64,000 bases of DNA from positions 6,085 to 70,084 of the forward strand of contig DASXPA010000247.1 of assembly GCA_036493915.1 (NCBI GenBank). The letters run 5' to 3'. Positions 15,347 through 23,284 of the stretch are shown one piece after another (position 1 is the stretch's first letter; every line of letters starts with the position of its first letter). The translations under genes and the position numbers were made by a program. The notes beneath the pieces are model-generated. The model searched no databases. It worked only from the letters and a program-made list of their open reading frames with translations, and was not told the origin of the DNA. The DNA comes from Chthoniobacterales bacterium. GTDB taxonomy: Bacteria > Verrucomicrobiota > Verrucomicrobiia > Chthoniobacterales > UBA10450.

Positions 15347-18301
15347 CTATTTCCGCGCCTCGGGTATGACGGTTACGGTGACGGTTTTGCCACCGCGTTG
15401 TAGGGTGACTTTCACCGGCCGCCCGACCTTCGCACCATCGAGCGCATAGGTGTAATCGTAAATGTTCGTGATCTTCTGACCGGCAAATTCCACGATCACA
15501 TCGCCGCCTTTCAGTCCGCCTTTTTCCGCCGGGCTGCCGCCGCGCACACCGCTCAGCTTTACCCCTTTCACTTCGGTCGTGTAATCGGGGATCGTTCCGA
15601 GATAGGTGCGCAACATTTCGCGGGAAGCGCCGTTTGAGCTTTGCGCGACTTTTTCGAAATCCGGACGCTCGTTGCTCTGCGCCAGATCGAGAATCATTCC
15701 GCGCGCAAACTTGGTGATCCGCGCGAGGTCGGGGTAATCGAGTTTATCGGAGGTGTCGGTGGGGCGGTGATAATCTTCATGACCGCCGGTGAAGAAATTC
15801 AGCACCGGCACTTTCTTCGCATAGAAGCTGGTCACGTCCGTCGGCAGATAAGGATCATCCTGCAGGACGAGATTGAAGCCGGCGGCGACGTTGCGTTTTT
15901 CCGCTTCGCGCCGCCAGACCTTCGACGAACCGGCGCCTTGAAGCGTGAGCTTGTTGTCATGCATGCGGCCGACCATGTCGGCATTTACATATGCGGCTAT
16001 CTGTTTGAGGGGGACCGGCGGATGATCGCAAAACGCCGCCGAACCGATGAGCCCGATCTCTTCGCCCGACCAGGCGGCGAAAATAATCCCGCGTTTGAAT
16101 TCGTTAGGCCGTTGCGCGCGCTCCTGTGCGAGCGATCCCGCCAACTCCATCATCCATGCAACACCGGAAGCGTTGTCGTCCGCGCCGGGGTGAATTTTTC
16201 CTTCCTCGCCGGCGCGATCGAGCGAGCTGCTCCCGCCGTGGCCAAGGTGATCGTAATGCGCCCCGACGACGACGTATTCCGAGGTCGGAGATTCCTGCGC
16301 GGGCGGCAGGTAACCGACCACATCGGCGTCGCTCTTTTCCAAATGATCGATTGCGCAGGCGACCTGAACTTGCACCTTCGGCAGAGCGAAGCCGCCTTCG
16401 GCGTGCGGATTTTCTGTGTCGAGCGCGGTTTGCAAATCCTTGAGATTTTTCCCGCCCGGCGCGAGGAGCGCGTTTGCCATTTTGTCGTTGATCGACGCCG
16501 CGACGATACCGCTGCCGGCATTCGTAAAATCATTCGTTAGGGGAATAAGTTTGCCGGCGCCGGGTGAATTTGGTCCCGTCACGACGAGGAGCGCCTTCGC
16601 TCCGCGCTCGCGCGCGAGCAGCGCTTTGTAACGCGGCGCGGCGTAACGATTGAGTTGTGCGCGACGCGGTCCTTCCGCGTTCTCCGGCACGTAGCGCAGG
16701 ACGAGAACGATTTTGCCCTTCACGTCGAGGCCCGCATAGGAATCGTAGCCGGCACCTTTACCCTCGGCCGCCACGACCAGCCCATAACCGACGAAGACAA
16801 CGTCGCCGGTCGCTTCGCCATTTTCACTGAACGGCAGCGGACGAAAATCCTTGTCGAGTGTGCCCTTGCTCGCGTGGTTCCCGGTAATTTCGAAATGTGT
16901 TTTCGCCGGAAGGACGCGTTCGCCGGCGTTGAATTGAAACGGCCGCTTATAATCGCGATTGAAGGAGTGCAATCCGATCTTCTGGAAGTAGTCCGCCAGC
17001 CAATTCGCGGTGGTTTGCGCGCCGGCACTTCCCGTTAGGCGACCGTCGCGCGCGGGATCTGCCATCCAGATGACCTCGCTGCGTAGATCGCCGGCGCTGA
17101 TTTCGGGCGAATACTTCCCGTCGCTTGCCCCGGCAGAACTGCCTAACGATCGCTTGGGCGAGGCCGCGATCGCCGCCTGCGCGGCCGCATCGTTCCAATC
17201 GGCGAGGAAGAGTTGCGATTTGCCATCACTCGTTCGACCGCTCGTCCAGCAAAGCTTCTTTCCATCTGGCGAAAAGACCGGCAGACCATCGAAGCCCGGC
17301 GTAAACGTGACTCGCACCGGCTCGTGTTCGCCCGCGCTATCGACCATGAAAAGCTCGAAATTTTCGAAGCCGAGTTTGTTCGAAGTGAAGATGATGTATT
17401 TGCCGCTCGGATGATAAAACGGCGCCCACGACATCGAGTGAAAATCGGTCACCCGATGTTTGTCGGAGCCGTCGAGTTTCATCGTCCAGACGTCCGCCTG
17501 GATGCCATTCTCCGCGAAGTGACGCCAGATGATGCGCTGGCCGTCCGGCGAGAAAAACGGCCCGCCGTCATAGCCGGGCTCGTCGGTTAGGCGGCGGACA
17601 TTCGAGCCGTCCGCATTCATGAGGTAGATGTCGCCGAAAAACGACGCATCCTGATCGTAACGTTTGCGCAATTCCGGGGAAAGGTGATCGAGCGGAAAGG
17701 CGCCGCGGAGCGAGCAAAAGACGATTTGCTTTCCATCCGGCGAGAAGTTGCCTTCGGCGTCGTAGCCTAACGAGTCCGTGAGATTGACGAGATCGCTTCC
17801 GTCCTGTTTCGCCGACCAGATGTCGTAGGTCGGATCGTAATCCCACGAGTAGCGACGCTGTTTGCCGCTCGCGCGAAAATCCAGTTCGGCCTTTTCTTTC
17901 TTGCGCGCTTCCGGATCGCCATGGCTTGAAGCGAAGATGACGCCGTCGGCTCCCGGTTGGAAAAATCCGCAGGTCGTTTTCCCGAATCCCGGCGAGACGC
18001 GATGGGTGTCGCCGCTCTCCAGGTCAAGGATATACATTTGGTAGAAGGGATCCCCCTCCTCCCGCTCGCTCTGGAAAATGAGCTTCTTGCCGTCCGGCGA
18101 AAAATAGCCTTCGCCGCTGCGTTTCCCCTCGAAGATCAGTTGCCGCGTGTTCGTGAGGAAACGCTGCTCCTGCGCCGCTTCATTCTCCGCTGCCCACACC
18201 CATCCGCTGCTCGCAAGAAGCAAAGCACAAACGATCAGCCTCTTTTCCAAAGTTCGCATCGGGCCGAGCTTAGCCGCCATCGTCGGCTGGTGGGAATTCA
18301 A
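15347..18301 (-). CDS. multidomain periplasmic peptidase: TolB-like beta-propeller, PA/M28 aminopeptidase domain and C-terminal PDZ
   Basis: 984 aa. Repeated FSPDGK motifs (PD40 blades). M28 motifs (VVGAHYDHLGHG, GADDNASGVAWMMELA, FAAWSGEEIGLIGS). PDZ (GGSPAEKGGLKGGDVIVEF). Signal-peptide start may be the internal Met at 18259. Confidence 0.8.
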   Translation of the reverse strand: MNSHQPTMAAKLGPMRTLEKRLIVCALLLASSGWVWAAENEAAQEQRFLTNTRQLIFEGKRSGEGYFSPDGKKLIFQSEREEGDPFYQMYILDLESGDTHRVSPGFGKTTCGFFQPGADGVIFASSHGDPEARKKEKAELDFRASGKQRRYSWDYDPTYDIWSAKQDGSDLVNLTDSLGYDAEGNFSPDGKQIVFCSLRGAFPLDHLSPELRKRYDQDASFFGDIYLMNADGSNVRRLTDEPGYDGGPFFSPDGQRIIWRHFAENGIQADVWTMKLDGSDKHRVTDFHSMSWAPFYHPSGKYIIFTSNKLGFENFELFMVDSAGEHEPVRVTFTPGFDGLPVFSPDGKKLCWTSGRTSDGKSQLFLADWNDAAAQAAIAASPKRSLGSSAGASDGKYSPEISAGDLRSEVIWMADPARDGRLTGSAGAQTTANWLADYFQKIGLHSFNRDYKRPFQFNAGERVLPAKTHFEITGNHASKGTLDKDFRPLPFSENGEATGDVVFVGYGLVVAAEGKGAGYDSYAGLDVKGKIVLVLRYVPENAEGPRRAQLNRYAAPRYKALLARERGAKALLVVTGPNSPGAGKLIPLTNDFTNAGSGIVAASINDKMANALLAPGGKNLKDLQTALDTENPHAEGGFALPKVQVQVACAIDHLEKSDADVVGYLPPAQESPTSEYVVVGAHYDHLGHGGSSSLDRAGEEGKIHPGADDNASGVAWMMELAGSLAQERAQRPNEFKRGIIFAAWSGEEIGLIGSAAFCDHPPVPLKQIAAYVNADMVGRMHDNKLTLQGAGSSKVWRREAEKRNVAAGFNLVLQDDPYLPTDVTSFYAKKVPVLNFFTGGHEDYHRPTDTSDKLDYPDLARITKFARGMILDLAQSNERPDFEKVAQSSNGASREMLRTYLGTIPDYTTEVKGVKLSGVRGGSPAEKGGLKGGDVIVEFAGQKITNIYDYTYALDGAKVGRPVKVTLQRGGKTVTVTVIPEARK

Positions 18302-18380
18302 ATTACCGCAGAGGACGCAGAAAGCGCAAAGGCGGGAATTACAAGCATTCTCCGCGGCCTCTGCGCTCTCTGCGGTAAAT
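18302..18380. repeat. palindromic intergenic element, family 3 (ATTACCGCAGAGGACGCAGAAAGCGC ... GCGCTCTCTGCGGTAAAT)
   Basis: About 28 bp imperfect inverted repeats with TACCGCAGAG / CTCTGCGGTA ends. Fills the spacer between the peptidase start and the topoisomerase stop. Confidence 0.65.
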
Positions 18381-18396
18381 ATTACTGACGCGCCCG

Positions 18397-19506
18397 TTAT
18401 TGCTTCGCCAGTTTGTCCTGGAGGAAGGTGAGGATCGCCGCTTCCTCGGAACGCAGATGGTGGAGCGATTTCTCGAGCGTTTTCTCCGTCTGCTTTTTTA
18501 ATCCTTCAATCAGGCTGCCATCGAGATAGGTCTCGAGGACCGCAGGATGGACGTAGCACTTGCGACAGACTGCGGGCGTGTTTCCGAGTACGTGCGCGAC
18601 CGCGGCGATCGCGTCCTTCACGTTCTTTTTTGCCTGCGATTTGTTCTCGAAAACATCCTGCGCCTGCAGCGCCATTGCAGCCATCACGGTCCCGGCCCAG
18701 GTGCGAAAATCCTTCGCCGTAAATTCTTCGCCGGTAATCTCGTGCAGGTATTGATTGACGCCGTCGGAAGTGACGTGATGCCGCTCGCCCTTTTCGTCGA
18801 GATATTGGAAAACCTCCTGACCCGGCAGGTCCTGTAGCTTCTTGATGATTCGGGCGACGCGGCGATCCTCGACATCGACATCGTGCTCGATGCCGCTCTT
18901 GCCGCGAAAACGAAAACGCACTTGAGCGTCTCGCACCGTCACGTGTCGACCGCGCATCGTCGTTAGGCCAAATGACCTGTTCTCCTTCGCGTATTCCTCG
19001 TTCCCGATGCGGATAAAACTTTTCTCGAGCAGCTGGACAAGCGTCGCGAGCACCTTCTCCCGCGGCAGCCCGCGCTTCTTCAGGTCGCGTCTGATCCGGC
19101 GGCGAATCTTCGGTAACGCTCGTCCGAAGATGACCATTTTTTCATACTTGTTCTCATCGCGCACCGCCCGCCAGCGTTCGTGATAACGGTATTGCTTGCG
19201 GCCGCGATCGTCACGCCCGGTGGCTTGCAGGTGGCCGTTAGGCGACGGGCAAATCCAGACATCTTTATAAGCCGGCGGAATGGCGAGGCGATTGAGTCGC
19301 AGGATGCGCTTCTCGTCTTTGATCTCTTTCCCCTCGGTATCGAAATAAACGAAGTTCTTGCCACGATGCCTCCGCGTGTAGCCGGGCTGATCGTCGCTGA
19401 CATAACGCAGGCCCGCTTCCTCCGCCGCTTCCTCCGGATTGGTGATGACTTCGAGGTCGGCGATCTTCTTTTTTTCCTGGCGCAACTTTCGAGCGGATAT
19501 CGGCAC
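18397..19506 (-). CDS. DNA topoisomerase IB (bacterial/poxvirus-like)
   Basis: 369 aa. IRIGNEEYAKENRSFGLTTMRGRHV, FRFRGKSGIEHDVDV, FTAKDFRTWAGTV and LGNTPAVCRKCYVHP (catalytic Tyr region) match the TopIB family. GTG start. Confidence 0.8.
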   Translation of the reverse strand: MPISARKLRQEKKKIADLEVITNPEEAAEEAGLRYVSDDQPGYTRRHRGKNFVYFDTEGKEIKDEKRILRLNRLAIPPAYKDVWICPSPNGHLQATGRDDRGRKQYRYHERWRAVRDENKYEKMVIFGRALPKIRRRIRRDLKKRGLPREKVLATLVQLLEKSFIRIGNEEYAKENRSFGLTTMRGRHVTVRDAQVRFRFRGKSGIEHDVDVEDRRVARIIKKLQDLPGQEVFQYLDEKGERHHVTSDGVNQYLHEITGEEFTAKDFRTWAGTVMAAMALQAQDVFENKSQAKKNVKDAIAAVAHVLGNTPAVCRKCYVHPAVLETYLDGSLIEGLKKQTEKTLEKSLHHLRSEEAAILTFLQDKLAKQ

Positions 19507-19558
19507 GCCAACAATTCGCGCGGTCGCTATCGCCAGGCTGCATCGACTTCAGTTCACG
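19491..19558 (-). repeat. copy A of a duplicated 5' leader plus first codons (pairs with 21044-21113)
   Basis: Shared blocks GAGCGG-N-TATCGGCACGCCAAC-N2-TTCGCG-N14-AGGCTGCATCGA with identical spacing in both copies. Covers the GTG start and codons 2-5 of the topoisomerase gene. Confidence 0.75.
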
Positions 19559-21059
19559 CGCCGCATATTTCCCGACGGGGGGTCGGAGCGTTCCCAGGAC
19601 TGAAAGAAGAGTTTCGCGATGCGCTTTGGATTCCAGCGCCATGGATATTGCAAGACGCCGATGTCGCTCGTCGGTCGATAATTGTCTGCCAGTGCTCGTC
19701 CAAACTCCGCGACTGTCTCCGCATCGTCCGCCACAGCGAGGACGCCGGAAGCGATTGGCCGCCCCTCGCAAATCGTGGCGTCAGGAAGACGGATGGCAAT
19801 GTTGGCCGCGTGCTCCGGACGATCCGAGAGGACGGTGACCGGAGATTGCGAATCGTGGGAAATCGCCGCGGCCATTTCGGCGTAGGGGAAGGCGAGCGGG
19901 TCTGTCCTGCGACAATGCTCAGCGTGCGCGCGACCGTGAGGGAGACCGCGAGCAGAAGTCCCATCACGAGGACCACGCCCGCTGCCGGAGATTGCGAAAT
20001 CGCGCGCCATTGCAACGCCAGCCAAAGCGGGAACGGCGGCAAGAGTGCGACGAGATACTGTTGATGCACGTGGAAGACGCCGCCGATAAAAATGCTCGCG
20101 ACAAAAAGCGCCAACTCCGTGAGCAGCAGCCAGCCGAGCAACCGGCGAAGGCTTCGCAGCTGGCGCGATTCCGCCGTCCGCGGGCGCTTCTTTGCCTTTC
20201 GGTTCACGAGCAACGCAACAGCGCAGCCGAGAAGCAGTGGCGTCAGCGAAAACAGGATGGTGATGACAAGACTCAGCAAGCCGTCCCAGGTCGAGCGCGC
20301 CGGCAATTCCAGTCCCATCGGTCCGCTGCCCATCCTCAGACGGTAAAGATTCTCCGTTGCCGATCCCGGATGCGTTCTGATCCAAAGCCAATGCGGCGCG
20401 CTCAAAACGAGCGGTAAACCGGGCACGAGAAACGCAGCGCGACGGCAAAAGACACGGCGCACATCAGGCACGCAAAGCAGCGCGATACCGAGAGCGCCGA
20501 TGAAAAGGAAGATATTATACTTCGCCAAAATACCGGCGGTCAGCGCGAGCCCTAGCCAGGCAAAATTCCGCGGCTGCGGGTTTTGAAGGATGAGAACGAG
20601 CGCCTGCAACGCCGCCGCAGCGCCCGCGAAAGCGAGGATGGAATGGCTGAACTTTCCAAGCGATCACCGGAATGGAAAGAAGAAACGCCGTCGCAAGGGC
20701 GCCGACGAGGGGAGAGCCGCTCGCCCGCCGCCCTGCATGGTAGAGAAAAAGAAAGCCGATCGTAAGGAGCGCATACTTCGGGAGCGAAGTGGCTACGACC
20801 CACGATCCGGATAGGTCATGACAAAGACGCACCACCAGTGAAAGAGCGGCGGGTGCGATCGGGCGTATCCCCACGCCCAGCCGAGCTGCCCGACCATCTC
20901 CGCATCGTCCCGTTCCAGGTTTGTGGAAATGAAAAACCGAATGCCAAACTGAATCGCGAAATAGATCACGATGACCCAGGGCGCAAAGGCGGCCGAGCGT
21001 TCTAACTCACTCCCGGCAGTAGTGCCGTCAGTGAATCGTCCCTGAGCGGTTATCGGCAC
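19549..21059 (-). pseudogene. ArnT/PMT-like (GT39/GT83-type) membrane glycosyltransferase, disrupted by at least three frameshifts
   Basis: A plausible protein is only recovered by joining four ORF pieces in three frames. 20793..21059: LERDDAEMVGQLGWAWGYARSHPPLFHWW. 20515..20874: central TM part. 19554..20609: TM part. 19549..20448: C-terminal soluble part ending ...QYPWRWNPKRIAKLFFQSWE. Confidence 0.65.
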
Positions 21060-21113
21060 GCCAACGCTTCGCGGGAAGCAGTCGCGGAGGCTGCATCGAT
21101 CGCCGGAGTTCGC
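21044..21113 (-). repeat. copy B of the duplicated 5' leader plus first codons (pairs with 19491-19558)
   Basis: Same conserved blocks and spacing as copy A. Covers the GTG start and codons 2-5 (MPITA vs MPISA) of the glycosyltransferase pseudogene. Confidence 0.75.
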
Positions 21114-21139
21114 GGTGCGAAGCGTCTCATTGACCGCTA

Positions 21140-21520
21140 ATTTTGTTCGATGAAGCCGATGCCCATCTCTATCCGGACCTAGAGCGACGATATCTTGAGG
21201 TCCTGCGCGAGATAGGAAAAGACAATCAGTTGGGGCTTGCCTCCCACTCGCCAGAGATGATGATCGCGGCTGGGAGCGGATCGCTTTTTACAGTTCTTAA
21301 AGAGCCTTCCGCGACCAATCCAATCAGTTCGTTGGTGTCATATCGAGCGAGGAACTTCATTCCATTCTCTCGGAAGTTGTGGGTAGGTCTGGTTAGCTTA
21401 ACCAACGCATAATCCTTATTGAAGGCGAGGACTCATCGGCCGATCGGGAGGTGTACGCCCTTCCGCAGTTCGCTGGGGAACGACCCGCGCTTGTAGAAAA
21501 TCGTCCTTTCGGTCGTCTCC
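21140..21520 (+). pseudogene. relic of an ABC/AAA-type ATPase with Toprim/DUF4435-like continuation (OLD-family-like), truncated and frameshifted
   Basis: ORF 21143..21412 starts right after a stop, at a Walker-B-like (L)FDEADAHLYPDLERRYL...LASHSPEMM. The -1 frame from about 21397 reads RIILIEGEDSSADREVY. There is no N-terminal P-loop part, and GC is visibly lower locally. Confidence 0.45.
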
Positions 21521-21526
21521 TAAAAC

Positions 21527-21883
21527 TCAGGGCTTTCGTGCGGCGATCAGGGTAAACTCATGCGGCTCCGATGAGCCACGTTTGATCTTGAGTCGCAAGG
21601 TGGCTCCCACCGGCTTATTCATTGCCTTTTTCAATTCGTCCGCTGAAGCGCCGGCTACAGTGAGGCCTTCGATGCCGAGGACAACGTCACCCGGCCGTAA
21701 CCCTGCCTGAGCAGCCGGGGAAGCCGGGAAGACTTTCTCTACTTCGATGGAGTGAACGGTCGCATTGAAAAGCCCATCCGCCTCGATCTTGAAGGCAACG
21801 CCAAACCAACTGTCGCCGCTCGCATACACCACCGAAACTGCGGCGAGCAAAGTGATCAGGAAGGCAAAAGCAACGCGCTTCAT
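21527..21883 (-). CDS. small secreted PDZ-domain protein
   Basis: 118 aa. Signal peptide MKRVAFAFLITLLAAVSVVYA and PDZ-like core PASPAAQAGLRPGDVVLGIEG. Confidence 0.65.
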   Translation of the reverse strand: MKRVAFAFLITLLAAVSVVYASGDSWFGVAFKIEADGLFNATVHSIEVEKVFPASPAAQAGLRPGDVVLGIEGLTVAGASADELKKAMNKPVGATLRLKIKRGSSEPHEFTLIAARKP

Positions 21884-22015
21884 AGGTCTCGGCTAACGAT
21901 CTGTTGAGCAGTCTCGCCGTTCATTTGGATGACGAAATACCATTTTGGCAGGCGTGTCACTCTAACTTTCCTCGGGATCGCGGAGACGTGGCAGCATCCA
22001 TAGCTCGCTCGTTGC

Positions 22016-22696
22016 CTAAAGGTCGATGGTTTCTCCGATTTTCGGGAGCAAAAGCTTTTTACCGGCTTTCTCAGCAACGGCTTGGGCTTTGTCATGATCG
22101 ATCTCGATCGGGGGGAAGGTGTCGTAGTGGACGCCGACGATTCGGTCAGTCCCGACGAAGTCGGCCGCGCGCACGGCATCCGCGATATCCATGGTGAAGT
22201 GATCGCCGATGGGAAGAACGGCGAAACTGAGCTTCATCTCTTCGGCGACGAGTTTCATGTCGTAGGTCAGCGCCGTGTCGCCGGAATAGTAGAAATTGCC
22301 CTCCTTGCTCTGGATGGTGAAGCCGCAAGGATTCCCGCCATAGCTGCCATCGGGCATCGAGCTGCTATGGACAGCTGCCGTTAGTTTGATGCGCCCGAAC
22401 TCCAGGTCGGCCCCGCCCCCGTGGTTGAGCGACTGCACTTTCTCAACGCCTTTGTTTTCAAACCAGCTGCCGACTTCGTAAGACGCGATCACCGGCGCGC
22501 CCGTGCGCTTCGCGATCTCGACCAGATCGGCTACGTGATCGCCATGACCGTGGGTCACAAGAATGAAGTCGGCCACAATTTTTTTTGAGTCGATCTCCTT
22601 CGCCAGCGGATTTGGGCTGATGAAAGGATCGAAGAGGAGATTCTTCCCGCCGACTTCAACGGCGAAACAGGCGTGTCCGTAATAAGTGAACTTCAT
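22016..22696 (-). CDS. metal-dependent hydrolase, metallo-beta-lactamase fold (UPF0173-type)
   Basis: 226 aa. MKFTYYGHACF...DPFISPNP...ILVTHGHGDHVADL pattern. Confidence 0.8.
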   Translation of the reverse strand: MKFTYYGHACFAVEVGGKNLLFDPFISPNPLAKEIDSKKIVADFILVTHGHGDHVADLVEIAKRTGAPVIASYEVGSWFENKGVEKVQSLNHGGGADLEFGRIKLTAAVHSSSMPDGSYGGNPCGFTIQSKEGNFYYSGDTALTYDMKLVAEEMKLSFAVLPIGDHFTMDIADAVRAADFVGTDRIVGVHYDTFPPIEIDHDKAQAVAEKAGKKLLLPKIGETIDL

Positions 22697-22745
22697 GATG
22701 AAACTAAATCGGCGAAAAACTCACTCTACGTCGTAAGATTTTCGC

Positions 22746-22831
22746 CCTGTGGACGCTTCGCTCTGCGAAGCGCGAGCGGAAACAGGGAACAGTGTCACGT
22801 GCCGCGCCTTTCAGAGGGAGCCGTCCACAGG
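22746..22831. repeat. palindromic intergenic element, family 2 (CCTGTGGACG ... CGTCCACAGG termini; internal hairpin CGCTTCGC-TCT-GCGAAGCG)
   Basis: 10 bp perfect terminal inverted repeats 86 bp apart. Lies in the spacer between the DUF1844 stop (22832) and the hydrolase start (22696), ending flush with the DUF1844 stop. Confidence 0.75.
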
Positions 22832-23263
22832 TCAGGCGCCGTAGCTCTTGGTAAACTTCTTCTTCGATTCCGACTCCGGCTCGGGCGTAGATGGCGAAGC
22901 AGGCTCTGTCGCGCTGGCAGAAGATTCCGTCGGCGCTGCGGGCTCAGGCGCGGCGGCGGACTTGGAAGCTGCGCTGCTCCCCTTCCCCTGCGAAGCCTCG
23001 ACGAATGCCATCTGCAAACTTGAAAGCGCGTTGCGTAAGACAGTCGTTTCGTCGTTCGATAAGTTGCCTCGCGTTTTCTCCTGAATCATCGCCAGCTGGT
23101 CGATAAACATGCGCGCAACTTCCAGATTCACCTCCGCCTTTCCGGTCTGCGGGTTCGGGATTTGCCCGAGAAAAAGCGCGGCGTTCTGCGACTGCATCAT
23201 GACAAACTCGATGAAACGCTGAGTGAGTTCTCCGGTTTGGGTGTTGGTTTGGACTTCGGCCAT
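22832..23263 (-). CDS. DUF1844-domain protein
   Basis: 143 aa. FIEFVMMQSQNAALFLGQIPNPQTGKAEVNLEVARMFIDQLAMIQEKTRGNL matches my memory of DUF1844. Ala/Ser/Pro-rich tail. Confidence 0.65.
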   Translation of the reverse strand: MAEVQTNTQTGELTQRFIEFVMMQSQNAALFLGQIPNPQTGKAEVNLEVARMFIDQLAMIQEKTRGNLSNDETTVLRNALSSLQMAFVEASQGKGSSAASKSAAAPEPAAPTESSASATEPASPSTPEPESESKKKFTKSYGA

Positions 23264-23284
23264 ACGGTTGAGTGGTGAGTGGAG

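Noticed and set aside
15146-15403. 85 aa plus-strand ORF in the symporter/peptidase convergent spacer.
   Set aside because: It overlaps the 3' end of the peptidase gene and runs through the degenerate family-2 repeat. There is no recognisable domain or start context.
19507-21520. Treating the decayed patch as a mobile element or genomic island.
   Set aside because: No integrase, transposase, tRNA target or terminal inverted repeats were seen. The flanking 70 bp similarity is a direct duplication of a gene leader, not IS ends. It is better described as local gene decay, with possibly old horizontal DNA.
21880-22179. 99 aa minus-strand ORF overlapping the hydrolase gene 3' end.
   Set aside because: It lies in an alternative frame of a well-supported gene and has Ser/Arg/Thr/Lys-rich low-complexity composition.
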